Source: Vezdaea acicularis (Eukaryota). From it: a stretch of 30,637 nt of DNA. The translations under genes and the position numbers were made by a program. The stretch spans positions 186,001 through 216,637 of the forward strand of contig JAPEUI010000014.1 in the NCBI GenBank assembly GCA_026025075.1. Direction: 5' to 3'. Of this stretch, positions 20,772-30,637 are shown piece by piece. Below the pieces are notes generated by a model. That model ran no database searches. It was not told the origin of the DNA and saw nothing but the letters and a program-made list of their open reading frames with translations. Numbering within the stretch: position 1 is the first letter of the stretch; every line of letters starts with the position of its first letter.

Positions 20772-22599
20772 CTACGCTGCAGTGTTAGCGTCGTGATCGA
20801 ATTCGAGCCCCTCGGAGCCTGCGTCCTGCTCATCGAGTCCTTCAAAGGCCATGAACTTTTCATTCTTGATCTCCGCTAGAGGTAAGCTAGTTAGTATGTG
20901 TGTCGGGAATGGCCGCTTGGGGCGGCAATAGGAGACCATGCGAGTTGAAAGAATGGAGCCACTTACTGCCATCGATGACCACGTAGCCTTCTTGTACCTC
21001 ACAGTCTTTCAGATTAGAGCCTTTCCCGACCCTGCAGCGTCTGCCAAGCACACATCCACTTAGCTGACACTGCTCACTTACTACCACGCCGTCCATGAGT
21101 ACACATCGGGTTAATCGAGCACCAGCCCCAATCCTACAGCCCACCCCGATGACCGATTCTTTGATGACTGCTTTCTCTTCAACGATAACGTTATCGGCAA
21201 GCAGACAGTCTGCCCTTGTTACTGTACATCGTTGAGCAAGGCCATCGGAGAAAGCGATCTTCGATGCGTGAGCAAGAGGAGAAGTGCCATTCTCTTCGTG
21301 GGAAGGCAATTTGGCAAGACGCAGGGAGACGGCAAGAAGCAGCGGCACTGTATCCACACGACGTATCATCGCGCTTCCAGCGGATGTAGGATGTACATAG
21401 GCAAGCATAGGCGGGATACCGATTGGCGTCTTTATTGGTGAGATTGATGAAGTACCCTCATCCTGGTCCGATAGGTGGACTCTCGAGGCAAAGCCAGTGC
21501 CGCCTTGGCTTCCGGTAGGCTTTGTGTGCCGATGTCTGGATGTCTGCGTGCTGCTCATACTTGCTAGATCTATCTCATCTTCGATGGTTTCACTTCCTTG
21601 GCTTTCTTCTGTATGCTCCTGAGTTTGCAGTGGTTGGTCTGCTTGCTTTGGCTCCTGAGTAGCCTCGAGGATCTTCGAGATTCCCAGCTTCTGGCCAAGC
21701 CCATTCTGCCATCCAGCTTTGGCCCACCAACCTACAACGTCTTCGCTGATGCTGTCAAACCGCTCGTTCCTAAGTATGTAATCCAAGGTCCAGAATGGAA
21801 ACAGATACACATGAGCATCGCGATAGCTGCTGAGTATTTTGACGTACCCGTGCTTCCGTAAGAGGGCATGGCGGATTGGAAAGGACTTCTTGTCCTCCAC
21901 TATATCGTTGAGAGTATCTGTTGGGAGTGAATACACAAGGTTTGCAATTCGAGGTAGCAGAGATCCTTTTGATGGCGAGACAGGCAAGCGCGACAATGGA
22001 GTCGTAGCAATGAAATCAGTTTCCTCTCCTTTCACTGAGTCTGTTCCCTTTGTCTGATACCAGACACCTAGGCCACCTCTTCGGCCACCAAGCTCTCCAT
22101 TGAGACTCAATTGAGGTTCTATGGCTTCAGAAGGCCTTGCCGTGCCACCGAGGCTAGACTGCAGGATCATCCATGACTCCAATAAAGATCCTCCGGGCAA
22201 GTCACAGACGAGATCGCATGGTAGGATGACAAAGTCTCCAGTAATAACGGCCTGTATCTCAGGTTGCCGAAGAAGTTCAGCAGTACCAGTGTTGAATGAG
22301 ATGTTTTCCGGGGCTACTATGCTTGCTTTAGGGGAGGGCAGTTCGGTTAAGAACGGGTTTATAGAAAGTGCTGCATTTATTGCCTCCCGCGAAGATGGTG
22401 GACTGACCAAGTGAATCGCTGAAACCCCCATTCGGTAGCACCAGTCCAATGGGTACCATATCATCGGCCTGTTGGCTATCGGTATCAAAGCCTTTGGAAA
22501 ATCGTCAGGAGTGGACGTGAAAGTGTTCAACGAGGCTCCAGGGCCACACAGTATTAGAGCCTGAAATCCTGACGGAGGCATTATATGAGCGTGAGGCAT
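20772..22599 (-). CDS. GCD1: Translation initiation factor eIF2B gamma subunit; exons 22599-20967, 20875-20772
   Basis: GFQALILCGPGASL..FPKALIPIANRPMIWYPLDWC and FVILPCDLVCD form the NTP-transferase-like domain. C-terminal hexapeptide beta-helix repeats include IKESVIGVGCRIG. Intron GTAAGT..ACTAAC..TAG gives the C-terminus TEIKNEKFMAFEGL. Confidence 0.93.
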
Positions 22600-23086
22600 G
22601 TTGATTCAAGAGCTAGCTTTTGGATGGACACAACATAGAATTGTCGCCCGGTTGCAACCTCGCTTGGCCTCTTTTATGACCAAAACATGCAATTGTAATG
22701 AGTTGTTGTGACTGAAGCGCTATAGGGCTAGCAGGTAAAGCAATACGATTTGAATTAACTGGCGGAGAGAAGAAACTTTTCTCAGGATCCTGCTCCATGT
22801 AAAAACCGTCGCTTAAAGATTTTAGATGGCTATGGCTAATGACATTTAATTACCTTGACACTTTTGGCCTGGTTGGTTAGATCCGTGGCTTAATTCTCTT
22901 TCGACTCGGACCCGCGGTTCTTTGCTGACTAAGTTTCCTCGGCTCATCACTCGCGCGAATATCCCGCCAAAGTCTCCAGTAACACGTCAACAACTCTGAT
23001 CGTATCTGCCAATTCCTCCCCCTCATCCGTCCCTTTGTCCTCATGAATCTTACCGTTAAATATCTGTAGAGTCGGTTACATTTCTG

Positions 23087-24679
23087 ATGTCTTATTCATA
23101 CAGTAATACCCAACGGCGTCAGGCCACGTCTCGGGGACGAGGGGGAAACCATCATAGCGTACTGGGCTATTGGGCCCCACTCGTGTTCACGGTAACGGCC
23201 GCAACAATTGGTCTGGCAGCATGGATCTGGAGTGAGAAACAGGAACACGATGATGATGATAGCCCATCTGGCACAGGGAAGCCTCCGCCAGGTCATGGTC
23301 CAGACGTAGGACCGGGCCAGCCATCTTTTGCGCCAGGAACTGAGGGGCCACCCGGATCCTATCCACTACAACCTGGAGTACAACCTGGAGGGCCACCTTC
23401 GGGCCAATACGGACCGCCGTCGCAGCAATATCCACCAGGGGCGGGAGGACCGCCTCAAGGACAATATGGAGGGTCTTCACAGCAGGGTTCTTCGCAGGAT
23501 TACTATCGAACCGAAACATCCTCGCAGCAAGTGAACGAAGCGCGCGACTTCTCCCAGCAGACCACGGGCACAAATGAATCAGTGATAGATCGCATGACTG
23601 GCGCATTTCGACGCACCCCAAGCCCACAAAAGATATTCGATGATGCGAGTAAGAAAGTAGCTGCCGGTGTAGCTGCCGCGGGAGCGGTAGTGGGCGGAGC
23701 TCTTCAATCAATCCGGGAGGAGGATCGAAATGACTTCGCGGATCATGAACGATGGAGCCAAGAAGCAGAGACAAAGGCACGTGTGGAAAGAGGGAACGAT
23801 GGTACAATATCGATGCGAGACACCGCGCATGGCTCTCGGGGAGGAGGAAGGTCTCAGACACCAGTCAAACGGAAAAACGTGGCAATAGTCATCTCTGCGG
23901 AGACCGATTTCGATCAGGACGACGGCCAGCAAGCAGTAAGCTTCCTTTTCTTGAGACTGCCATGCATATCAGTTTTATGTTCCTGGTCAACTTATGCTTT
24001 CCCGTTGCTACTTTCAAAAAGGCGTTGCTAAATCATGGCACAGTCCCTCCTCACCCAACTCCCCTTATACCCCGACCCCGCTCACTCCCGAATCTTCATA
24101 CTCATCTATGCACCAACCCTCAAGAGACACCCTCTTTCAACATCTCCAAGTCGCTCTCTTACTTCCTCTCACTCTACCCTCCCAGATGCTAGCACGCCTA
24201 TCCCGACCCCCGGATCTGAGGTCTTGCGTGACCCGATGGCGTCACCTCCTTCTGGCGCAAACACCCCGAGCTTTTCACCCAGCTCTTCACCCGTTTTCAA
24301 TAACCTATACATACAAGCACAGAAATTAGTGGAGAAGGACACGCAAATACTTCCATTCACTACCCCTTCCGGGCACGTGCATCTTCTTCGCCATCTAGCT
24401 CCAGATATCGTCTATGTCCAAGCCTCGCTTACCGGCAATGAAGGCGATATCGTAAAGCATATCAGTGGTTGGGTAGGGGAGGTGGTCGTTGTGATAGGCG
24501 TGGACGGTGGGCACGGAGGCTTAGTGGATACCGAGGACGAGGAGGGCGAAGGTACGGAGCAGAAGCGCGATAATTGGTGGGTTGGAAGTGACCTCGTAGG
24601 GCTGGGTAAGGGCGTCCAGGTCGTGGAAGGCATGAGGGTGGGCGAGGACTGGGGAAGAAGGATCGAGGGGCAGGAGTGA
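23087..24679 (+). CDS. Pex22-like peroxin (filamentous-fungal type); exons 23087-23935, 24044-24679
   Basis: N-terminal TM segment GYWAPLVFTVTAATIGLAAWIWSE. Conserved-looking blocks RRTPSPQ, RKNVAIVISAE, ILPFTTPSGHVHLLRHLAP and VVVVIGVDGGHGGLVDTEDE. Intron is GTAAGC..CAG. Confidence 0.75.
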
Positions 24680-25011
24680 CAGATGACGCCCCTTCACGTC
24701 CTGAGATCATGTTTAGGATGATTTTGGAGTCTACTTGTTTGAATATCGGATGGGGAAGGATACTGTTGGCGCAATGTGGATATTTCTGTTTGCGAGCACG
24801 GCAGCACTATATCGACAGCTTCGTAAACATTAGGAGAATGATCCATTGCCTCTCATACATGCGCCGTGATATGTACATGATACAAACAGTATCTAGCCTA
24901 CTAAAAGAGGCCTACTTGTTAACCTAGCAAGGTGAACGCCTTGCATGCATCGCCACCGCCGTTGCCCTACATATCCTCCTAACACGAGGGGCGAGCCACA
25001 ACACCTCTCTC

Positions 25012-25792
25012 TCAGGCGCCAACCTTTGGTATACCCCTTAACCTGCGAGCGAAGAACCAGGCGGTGGCAGCCACTGCTATGGTGCCAATCTCAAATATTA
25101 GGACAACGACCATGCCCCAGTGCGCCCACGTGGTCTCGGAACAAAGCTTGCTGTAGTCCATCTCTGGTATCTTTTGGAAGCTGTCTGCCCACTGACATGA
25201 CCAGTTGGCGATGGTGTTGATTGGTGGATTGGAAGCATTGGCCTTAGCTGAGAGGATGAGTGAGGTAAGGGTCAAGACGACGGTGATGAAGCTCGTCACG
25301 AGGGTTACAATGGGTGAGAGATGAGAGAGCTTTAATGGTGAGGCATCAGTACCTGCACAGCTTAATGAAGGCGCAAGGGGAGGCACATACAACAGGGACA
25401 ACAAGCACGGCAAGCGTAGCAAAAATGATAACCAAAACCGTTGACATGCACCCGAGAACCGCCTTCGTGCTCTTCAAGTCTATGGTGTCGGGCCATAAGG
25501 GAAGCAGCCACGTGCCTGTGATGCTCGTGGCGTTATACTGATGCAACGAAGCACCCGTGGTCCCGACGACCACAGCACTAAGGATGAGGACCAGCGCAGT
25601 GACAAATATGAGGAGGAGCTTCAAGATCTTGAAAATCGTGCGTGAGATAGTATGATTTGAGGGCGTGTCATCTTCGGCTGCAAAGGCGTAGGCAGGAGGC
25701 TGGTGCGACGGCGCGGTGGAGTTAACTGAGGGGGTGAAGGAGGACTTTTGTTCATGGTAAGAAGGATTCAAATTAGATAGTTGGGAAGCCAT
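25012..25792 (-). CDS. Uncharacterised four-TM membrane protein (MARVEL-like); exons 25792-25391, 25329-25012
   Basis: Four hydrophobic segments, with motifs WLLPLWP, TIANWSCQW and YSKLCSET seen in fungal tetraspan proteins. Intron GTATGT..ACTGAT..AAG preserves frame. Confidence 0.78.
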
Positions 25793-26682
25793 GACGAGAA
25801 TGTATTATAAATAGAAGAGGGTGGTAGAGGTCGGACTTTTTGGAAAACGTCCGAACGAAAGCTGACCTTGGGATTGACGGCCTTCTTAAAGGTCCGTTGC
25901 GGAATCGGGGGATCCGGATGAACGTATTGGCTTCTCGTGGAGAGGGGACGTTACAAAGATCGTTTCTGAGAGAATGAGAGAGCACCGCTTTTATGTGTCT
26001 CTCTAGTATCCTTCCTTGAAGCTAATTCCGGTGGCGTCCACATTGTGATCATCCTACCTCGGACGCTTCCTCCTCGGCATTGGTTGATTCATCGGTAGGC
26101 ATGCGAACGGGCCATGTCGGCCACTTAGAGCCTGCGCTTAGCTCCAGCAGGCGCGTACAAAGTCATATCGAATTGGATAGCTGGCGTGGCGGCGGGCGAG
26201 AGAGGCATGATCAAGATGCAAAGGGTGGTGAGGTCGGCGGGTAGGAGAGCGAGGCTCGCTGATGATGCAGTGTGATTGGGCGGGGCGCCTTGCAGGGTGC
26301 GGGCGCTTACCGGGTAAGCGAAAGCAGGAACCATCACAGCGACGACGTGATTGGCCCGGCGTTTATATTTGGTGCCCCCCCGGGACTAAGATGAGGAACA
26401 GCAAAGACAGCACAGGTCTGACATCCACAATTTTCACTCGTTGACTTATCAGGGATCTGCGTGCATGCCTCACTTTGATCGGCAGGTGTACATATCACAT
26501 CTGGGTCGTCTTCGGCAAGTCCGTGTCATGCGGCCATCTGTAGGTACTTAGGAGTGATCCGGTCTGACTGTCTCGCCCCGAATCCACTTCCTCAGAATAG
26601 AGCAACTGATGCACCTTTACCAGACGCCCCCTGCTTACCGGAAGATTGTCGTGGACTTATGGAACGATGAACAGATATAGAT

Positions 26683-26872
26683 AGCTGGCAGGATTATATC
26701 CCTGGGTGAGCGCGGAAAGGCAGAGCTTCCCGTGCGTCCGGTCTGCACCACTCTGCCTGCCCCGCGGTTCTATTCTACATTCTTCAACGCTTGACTTAGC
26801 TGATGCGCTTCGTGGCGTAGCACAACCTCTTGGTCTAGATGCCTGCCGCTTCAATACTGCTACTAGGGACAC
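26683..26872 (-). other. Candidate structured RNA element (long hairpin plus two crossing long-range helices)
   Basis: Minus-strand CGCGGGG-c-AGGCAGAG pairs with CTCTGCCT-TTCCGCG (15 bp, one bulge; 26766-26711). The helices GTGTCCCT/AGGGATAT and AGCGGCAGG/CCTGCC(A)GCT cross each other. Confidence 0.25.
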
Positions 26873-27347
26873 TATACACTGTGTTCACTACGAATTCATA
26901 TGACCACCCCGAGAGACTTGCTGTAACGAAGGGGGGTACGAGAAAAGTTTGATAGCTTGCACGCTTCTCCCTATTAATCACCATCTTAGACGCAACTTAG
27001 GTGAGCACCTCGGTCCTTGAATAGTATGCCTATACACGAGACAACGTGTAAATAGATTACATCTTAAATATAAGAGCAAACGCCAACTACAAATTTGGAG
27101 TAATAGCTAATTGGCAGGTATCTTAAAACCTTCTCATGCCACTGGATTCGCCGATGGTCAAAGTATTCCCCCGTATCAAAAACAAACAGCCGTCCCGAAA
27201 TCTCGCCGATCACGTTCCACACGCCTCTAGATACGCCAAGATCGTCCACGGTATCCTCTGAATTCCATTTCAATGAGCAGTTGAGACCTGAATTTTGACC
27301 AAAATTTACGCCTATGGACCGAATTGAAAGACCCTTTGACGGCACGG

Positions 27348-30327
27348 TTACTGTAACCCACCACCGCGCCCCATACCGTTCATCGGCATTCCGTTGATTC
27401 CTAGTTGTTGTCTCATCTGCTGTTGCGCGAGCATATGCTGTTGCTGTTGCTGTAACTGATGCTGTCTATCCCGAGCTATCAGAAGTTGTACTCCCTGTTG
27501 TTGCTCAGCCGTCATCACTGGTGCCCAGTTTCGAATTTGGTTCATTCGTTCGGGTGGGATGTTTTGTTGTCCCTCGAACTGTTGGGCATTCGCCTCTAGC
27601 AACCTTTTTTTTTGAGCTTGCATCAATGAATATATCTGCTCGGGTGTAAATTGCGACGTATCCTGTCTTGAAGCGCCATTTGGAAACTGCTGCTGAGGCT
27701 GCTGCCGGAGCTGCGGCTGGTTCGATTGCTGCTGCATCATCTGCTGCGACTGTAGTTGTTGCATTTGCGCCAGATGTTGCTGCTGCTGTTGACGGGCTAG
27801 CGCTGCAGCCATCTGTTGTTGCATATTCTGCTGCTGGTTTTGTTGCTGCTGATTCTGTTGCTGCATTTGCATATGTTGCTGTGCCCGCTGGACCTGAGCA
27901 GCTTGGAGCGCAGCAATCTGCTGTGGGGACATCTGTCCATTAGACTGCATCGGTTGAACCGGATGTCCATGTTGTTGCTGCTGCTGCTGCTGCAGGAATA
28001 TCTGTCGTCTTCGAAGAGCCAATTCTTGAGGAGTCATGGCTTGATTGCCGTTAGGCATTGCAACAGGACTATGACCAAGCGAACTAGGTGCTGGACTGCC
28101 GTTGTTCATCCGCCCTGGGGTCAGATGACGATTGATGATAGGTGTTGCATTTGGCATATTAGGAGTGGATTGAGCAATAGGTGTTCCGTTACGACTTGGG
28201 GCTTGCTGGCTGATTTGGCGAGTCAGGGCTTGAGCAGCCGAGGTCGGCCGAGGGGGGCTGCCGCCACCGACACTAGAAGATGTTGCATTCATTGGCACCC
28301 CTCCATGCGCCATGGGCCCGTTACCGACAAGTGGGGAGGACATGCTATGAGGGGTACCATTCCTGACCACAGGCGAGCGTTGGCCTGGGGAGCCTAGCTG
28401 TTGCTGCTGCTGCTGCTGCAGGTTTTGTACGGTATGGTTCTGCGCCGGATGTCCATGCCCATTTTGCGCATTCGTGTGTTGCTGCTGCGCTATCTGCTGA
28501 GCGTGACGTTGAGCTTCCTGCTGCATTGCCTGCTGCTGTTGCTGCTGCTGTTGTTGTTGTTGAGCAGCATTTTGGCGGACTTGCTCGCGCCGCATATATT
28601 CCGCGTGTTGCTGGCTTTCGTGTAGTTGCTGCCGCTTTGCCATCTCTTCTTGCTCTTTCCGTCTTTGAGCATCAACCTGTTCCTGTTGTTTTCTTCTCCC
28701 TTCCTCGAGCTTCAGTGACTCCTCTTTCTGCTTACGTTCATCATGGAGAGCTTTGATATGCTCAAGAGTGATAAACCGAGAGAAACGGCCATCAAAGGAG
28801 GCAGCACCGGCCTGTCCATCTCCAGCACCGACCTTCAGACCGCCAGCTCCTCCAGTCGCAGAAAGTCGCTCGTCCATTATGAGCATAAATCGTTCTTCCT
28901 CAGCTGCTAATGCTTCATCCGCAGCTACTTCAGCGACTGTCCTCTTCCGAGTCTTCGGCGCTGGGGGTTTGCCTTCGTGGAGTGGGTTTCGCAGCGCATC
29001 GATGATTCGCCATGCTTCCTCTGCGTTATACGCAGGCTGGAGGTAGAGAGAGTCTGCAGTGACCTTTAACATATCAGACTCGAAAGTGTGATAATTGCTG
29101 TCAGTGAGCATCATCTTCTGCCGTTTTGCAGGTGGCGTCCCAGTGTTCAAGGGCGTAGAAGGCACAGCAGTGAGGGGCGTTGGAGGTTGAGAGACAGGAT
29201 TTTGGTGCTGTGATTGTTTACGAGTAGTAGCGGTCTGAATGGGCGTATTGCCGAGTCGAACCATTTCAGCATACTGTGAGAGAGCGGTAGGATGTAAGAC
29301 CGTGGTAAAGGTCTTGACCTTGTTCAACCCCCCCGTTTTATTCGAATTGTTGGCTGGTGGGGCAGGTGCGGGCATGCTATCCTTCTGACCCTGGCTCTTA
29401 TCATCGGATCCGGACCCCTCCCCTTTCTTGTCATGATTTGAAATGGGCTTCTGTGGGTCCACAAGCGTTTTGTCTTTTTGATGTGCGTTGGGGTATGGTG
29501 CATAGGGCGAAGGAGTAATGTAACTATTGTATCTATGAATTGAGAAAGGTGCGTTCAAACCATCTCCAATGGCTGTTTTGGAAGCAGTACTATCCGTGGA
29601 AGTGCTAGCAGTTCTATGATCATGAATCTGAACTATTAGACAACCTTTCGAGGGTGTCAGCACTCAAGACTTATGCAGATTAAGGCTGCACAACATACCA
29701 TCATAAAACCTCACATTTGCATTCAGGAGGTCATCCATCATATCGTGAGGGAGCGTCTTGAGTTTGATGTGTTCAAGGATGATCTTCATAGGAGAAGAGT
29801 AGGGGAAACTTCCATCTTGCTGGTCAAATCTGAAGTTTTGTTGATGTAGATGTAAAACAAGGGAAGGTGGCGATTCCCGAAATTTCTTGAGCACATGCTC
29901 AGTAGTTTTGGCTGAAATAGTCAGCGAAGTTGTAGAAGAGGTGTGGTGTATCTTCGTTGTAGATACAATTCTACTTACCGTATGGTTGGGGTGACAAGTT
30001 CTTCAAGAGCGCGCGCCAGTCAAGATTACCACCTCTGTTGCTCATACTTAAATTCCTCTGGGATCTAACAGGTTGCTCCCCCGGTCGTTGAGATTCTCGT
30101 CTTTGTCGATTGCTCACACGGGGACCTGATCCATTGACGACAGGCCCATTCGAAGATGCCGAATATGGGGTTTGACTGGCAGAACTCGGGGGTCGCTTGG
30201 CACTTAATGATGGTGAGGGGGACGAAGTAGCGGATTGCAAGCCATTTGGAGCAGTCTGAAGAGCCGGAGGAGGTGGGCGCTTCAACTTCTGAAGTGGTTG
30301 CGCTGGCTTCACCGCTGCGGTGGCCAT
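27348..30327 (-). CDS. SPT20: SAGA complex subunit Spt20; exons 30327-29979, 29911-29699, 29644-27348
   Basis: PY|AKTTEHVLKKFRESPPSLVLHLHQQNFRFDQQDGSFPYSSPMKIILEHIKLKTLPHDM..VRFYD|GCLIVQIHDHR is the Spt20 domain. PPAPKTRKRTVAEVAADEALAAEEERFMLIMDER and a Q-rich C-terminus follow. Both introns have consensus donors and GCTGAC branch points. Confidence 0.93.
28398..28562 (-). repeat. CAG/CAA trinucleotide (poly-Q) tracts within SPT20
   Basis: (CTG/TTG)n runs on the plus strand at about 28398-28419 and 28531-28562. Similar runs occur near 27970-27993. Confidence 0.8.
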
Positions 30328-30637
30328 CTTCGATGGAAGTCGTGGTGAGCGTTACGACAGAGTACGCCGAGCGCTTCTCACAAGTATAGCATGGAGAATG
30401 CCACTTCAAAGCGCGGTTCTCGAGGACTGAGTATCACATTTGCTGCTTGGATGTGTTCGAAAGACATGTGGGGAAGCGAGCGGATCTAGGACGGGCCACG
30501 GAGAGTAGATACTGAAAGGCGACAAGTAGCTTTGCGATCATGCGATGCAGGCTTTAGACTGGAGCATCCGCACGTGAAATAATGGTGGTACTGGATAGAT
30601 CTTGAGGAAGTGGTGATGAGGAACGATCATAATGGGA

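Noticed and set aside
26799..26823. CTGATG followed by a small hairpin, resembling a hammerhead ribozyme core
   Set aside because: It lacks the CUGANGA and GAAA conserved core nucleotides in the right places.
27668..29046. Leu/Ala-rich plus-strand ORFs up to 193 aa
   Set aside because: They are antisense products of the CAG-rich SPT20 coding sequence.

Overview
Gene-dense window from a filamentous ascomycete (Pezizomycotina-type) nuclear genome, with short GT-AG introns of about 48-108 nt and CTRAY-like branch points. I reconstructed 12 protein-coding genes by hand: ER Hsp70-family LHS1 (3' end runs off the window), kinetochore MIS12/MTW1 followed directly by CENP-X/MHF2, a GPI-type cupredoxin-like protein, an F-box-like/LRR protein, SWC5, a MIF/tautomerase-fold protein, a BrlA-like C2H2 transcription factor, eIF2B-gamma GCD1, a Pex22-like peroxin, a 4-TM membrane protein and SAGA SPT20. 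All family calls are from motif recognition, not database searches. The non-routine signals are: (1) a decayed, intron-containing Ulp1/C48 protease-like gene fragment wedged between two convergent genes, with TGA stops and an internal duplication; (2) the adjacent kinetochore genes sharing a forkhead motif paired with MCB-like or RFX X-box motifs; (3) a HacA-type UPR element upstream of LHS1; (4) a candidate pseudoknotted structured RNA near 26.7-26.9 kb; (5) a possible arrestin-like pseudogene. I saw no tRNA, rRNA, CRISPR array or intact transposase.
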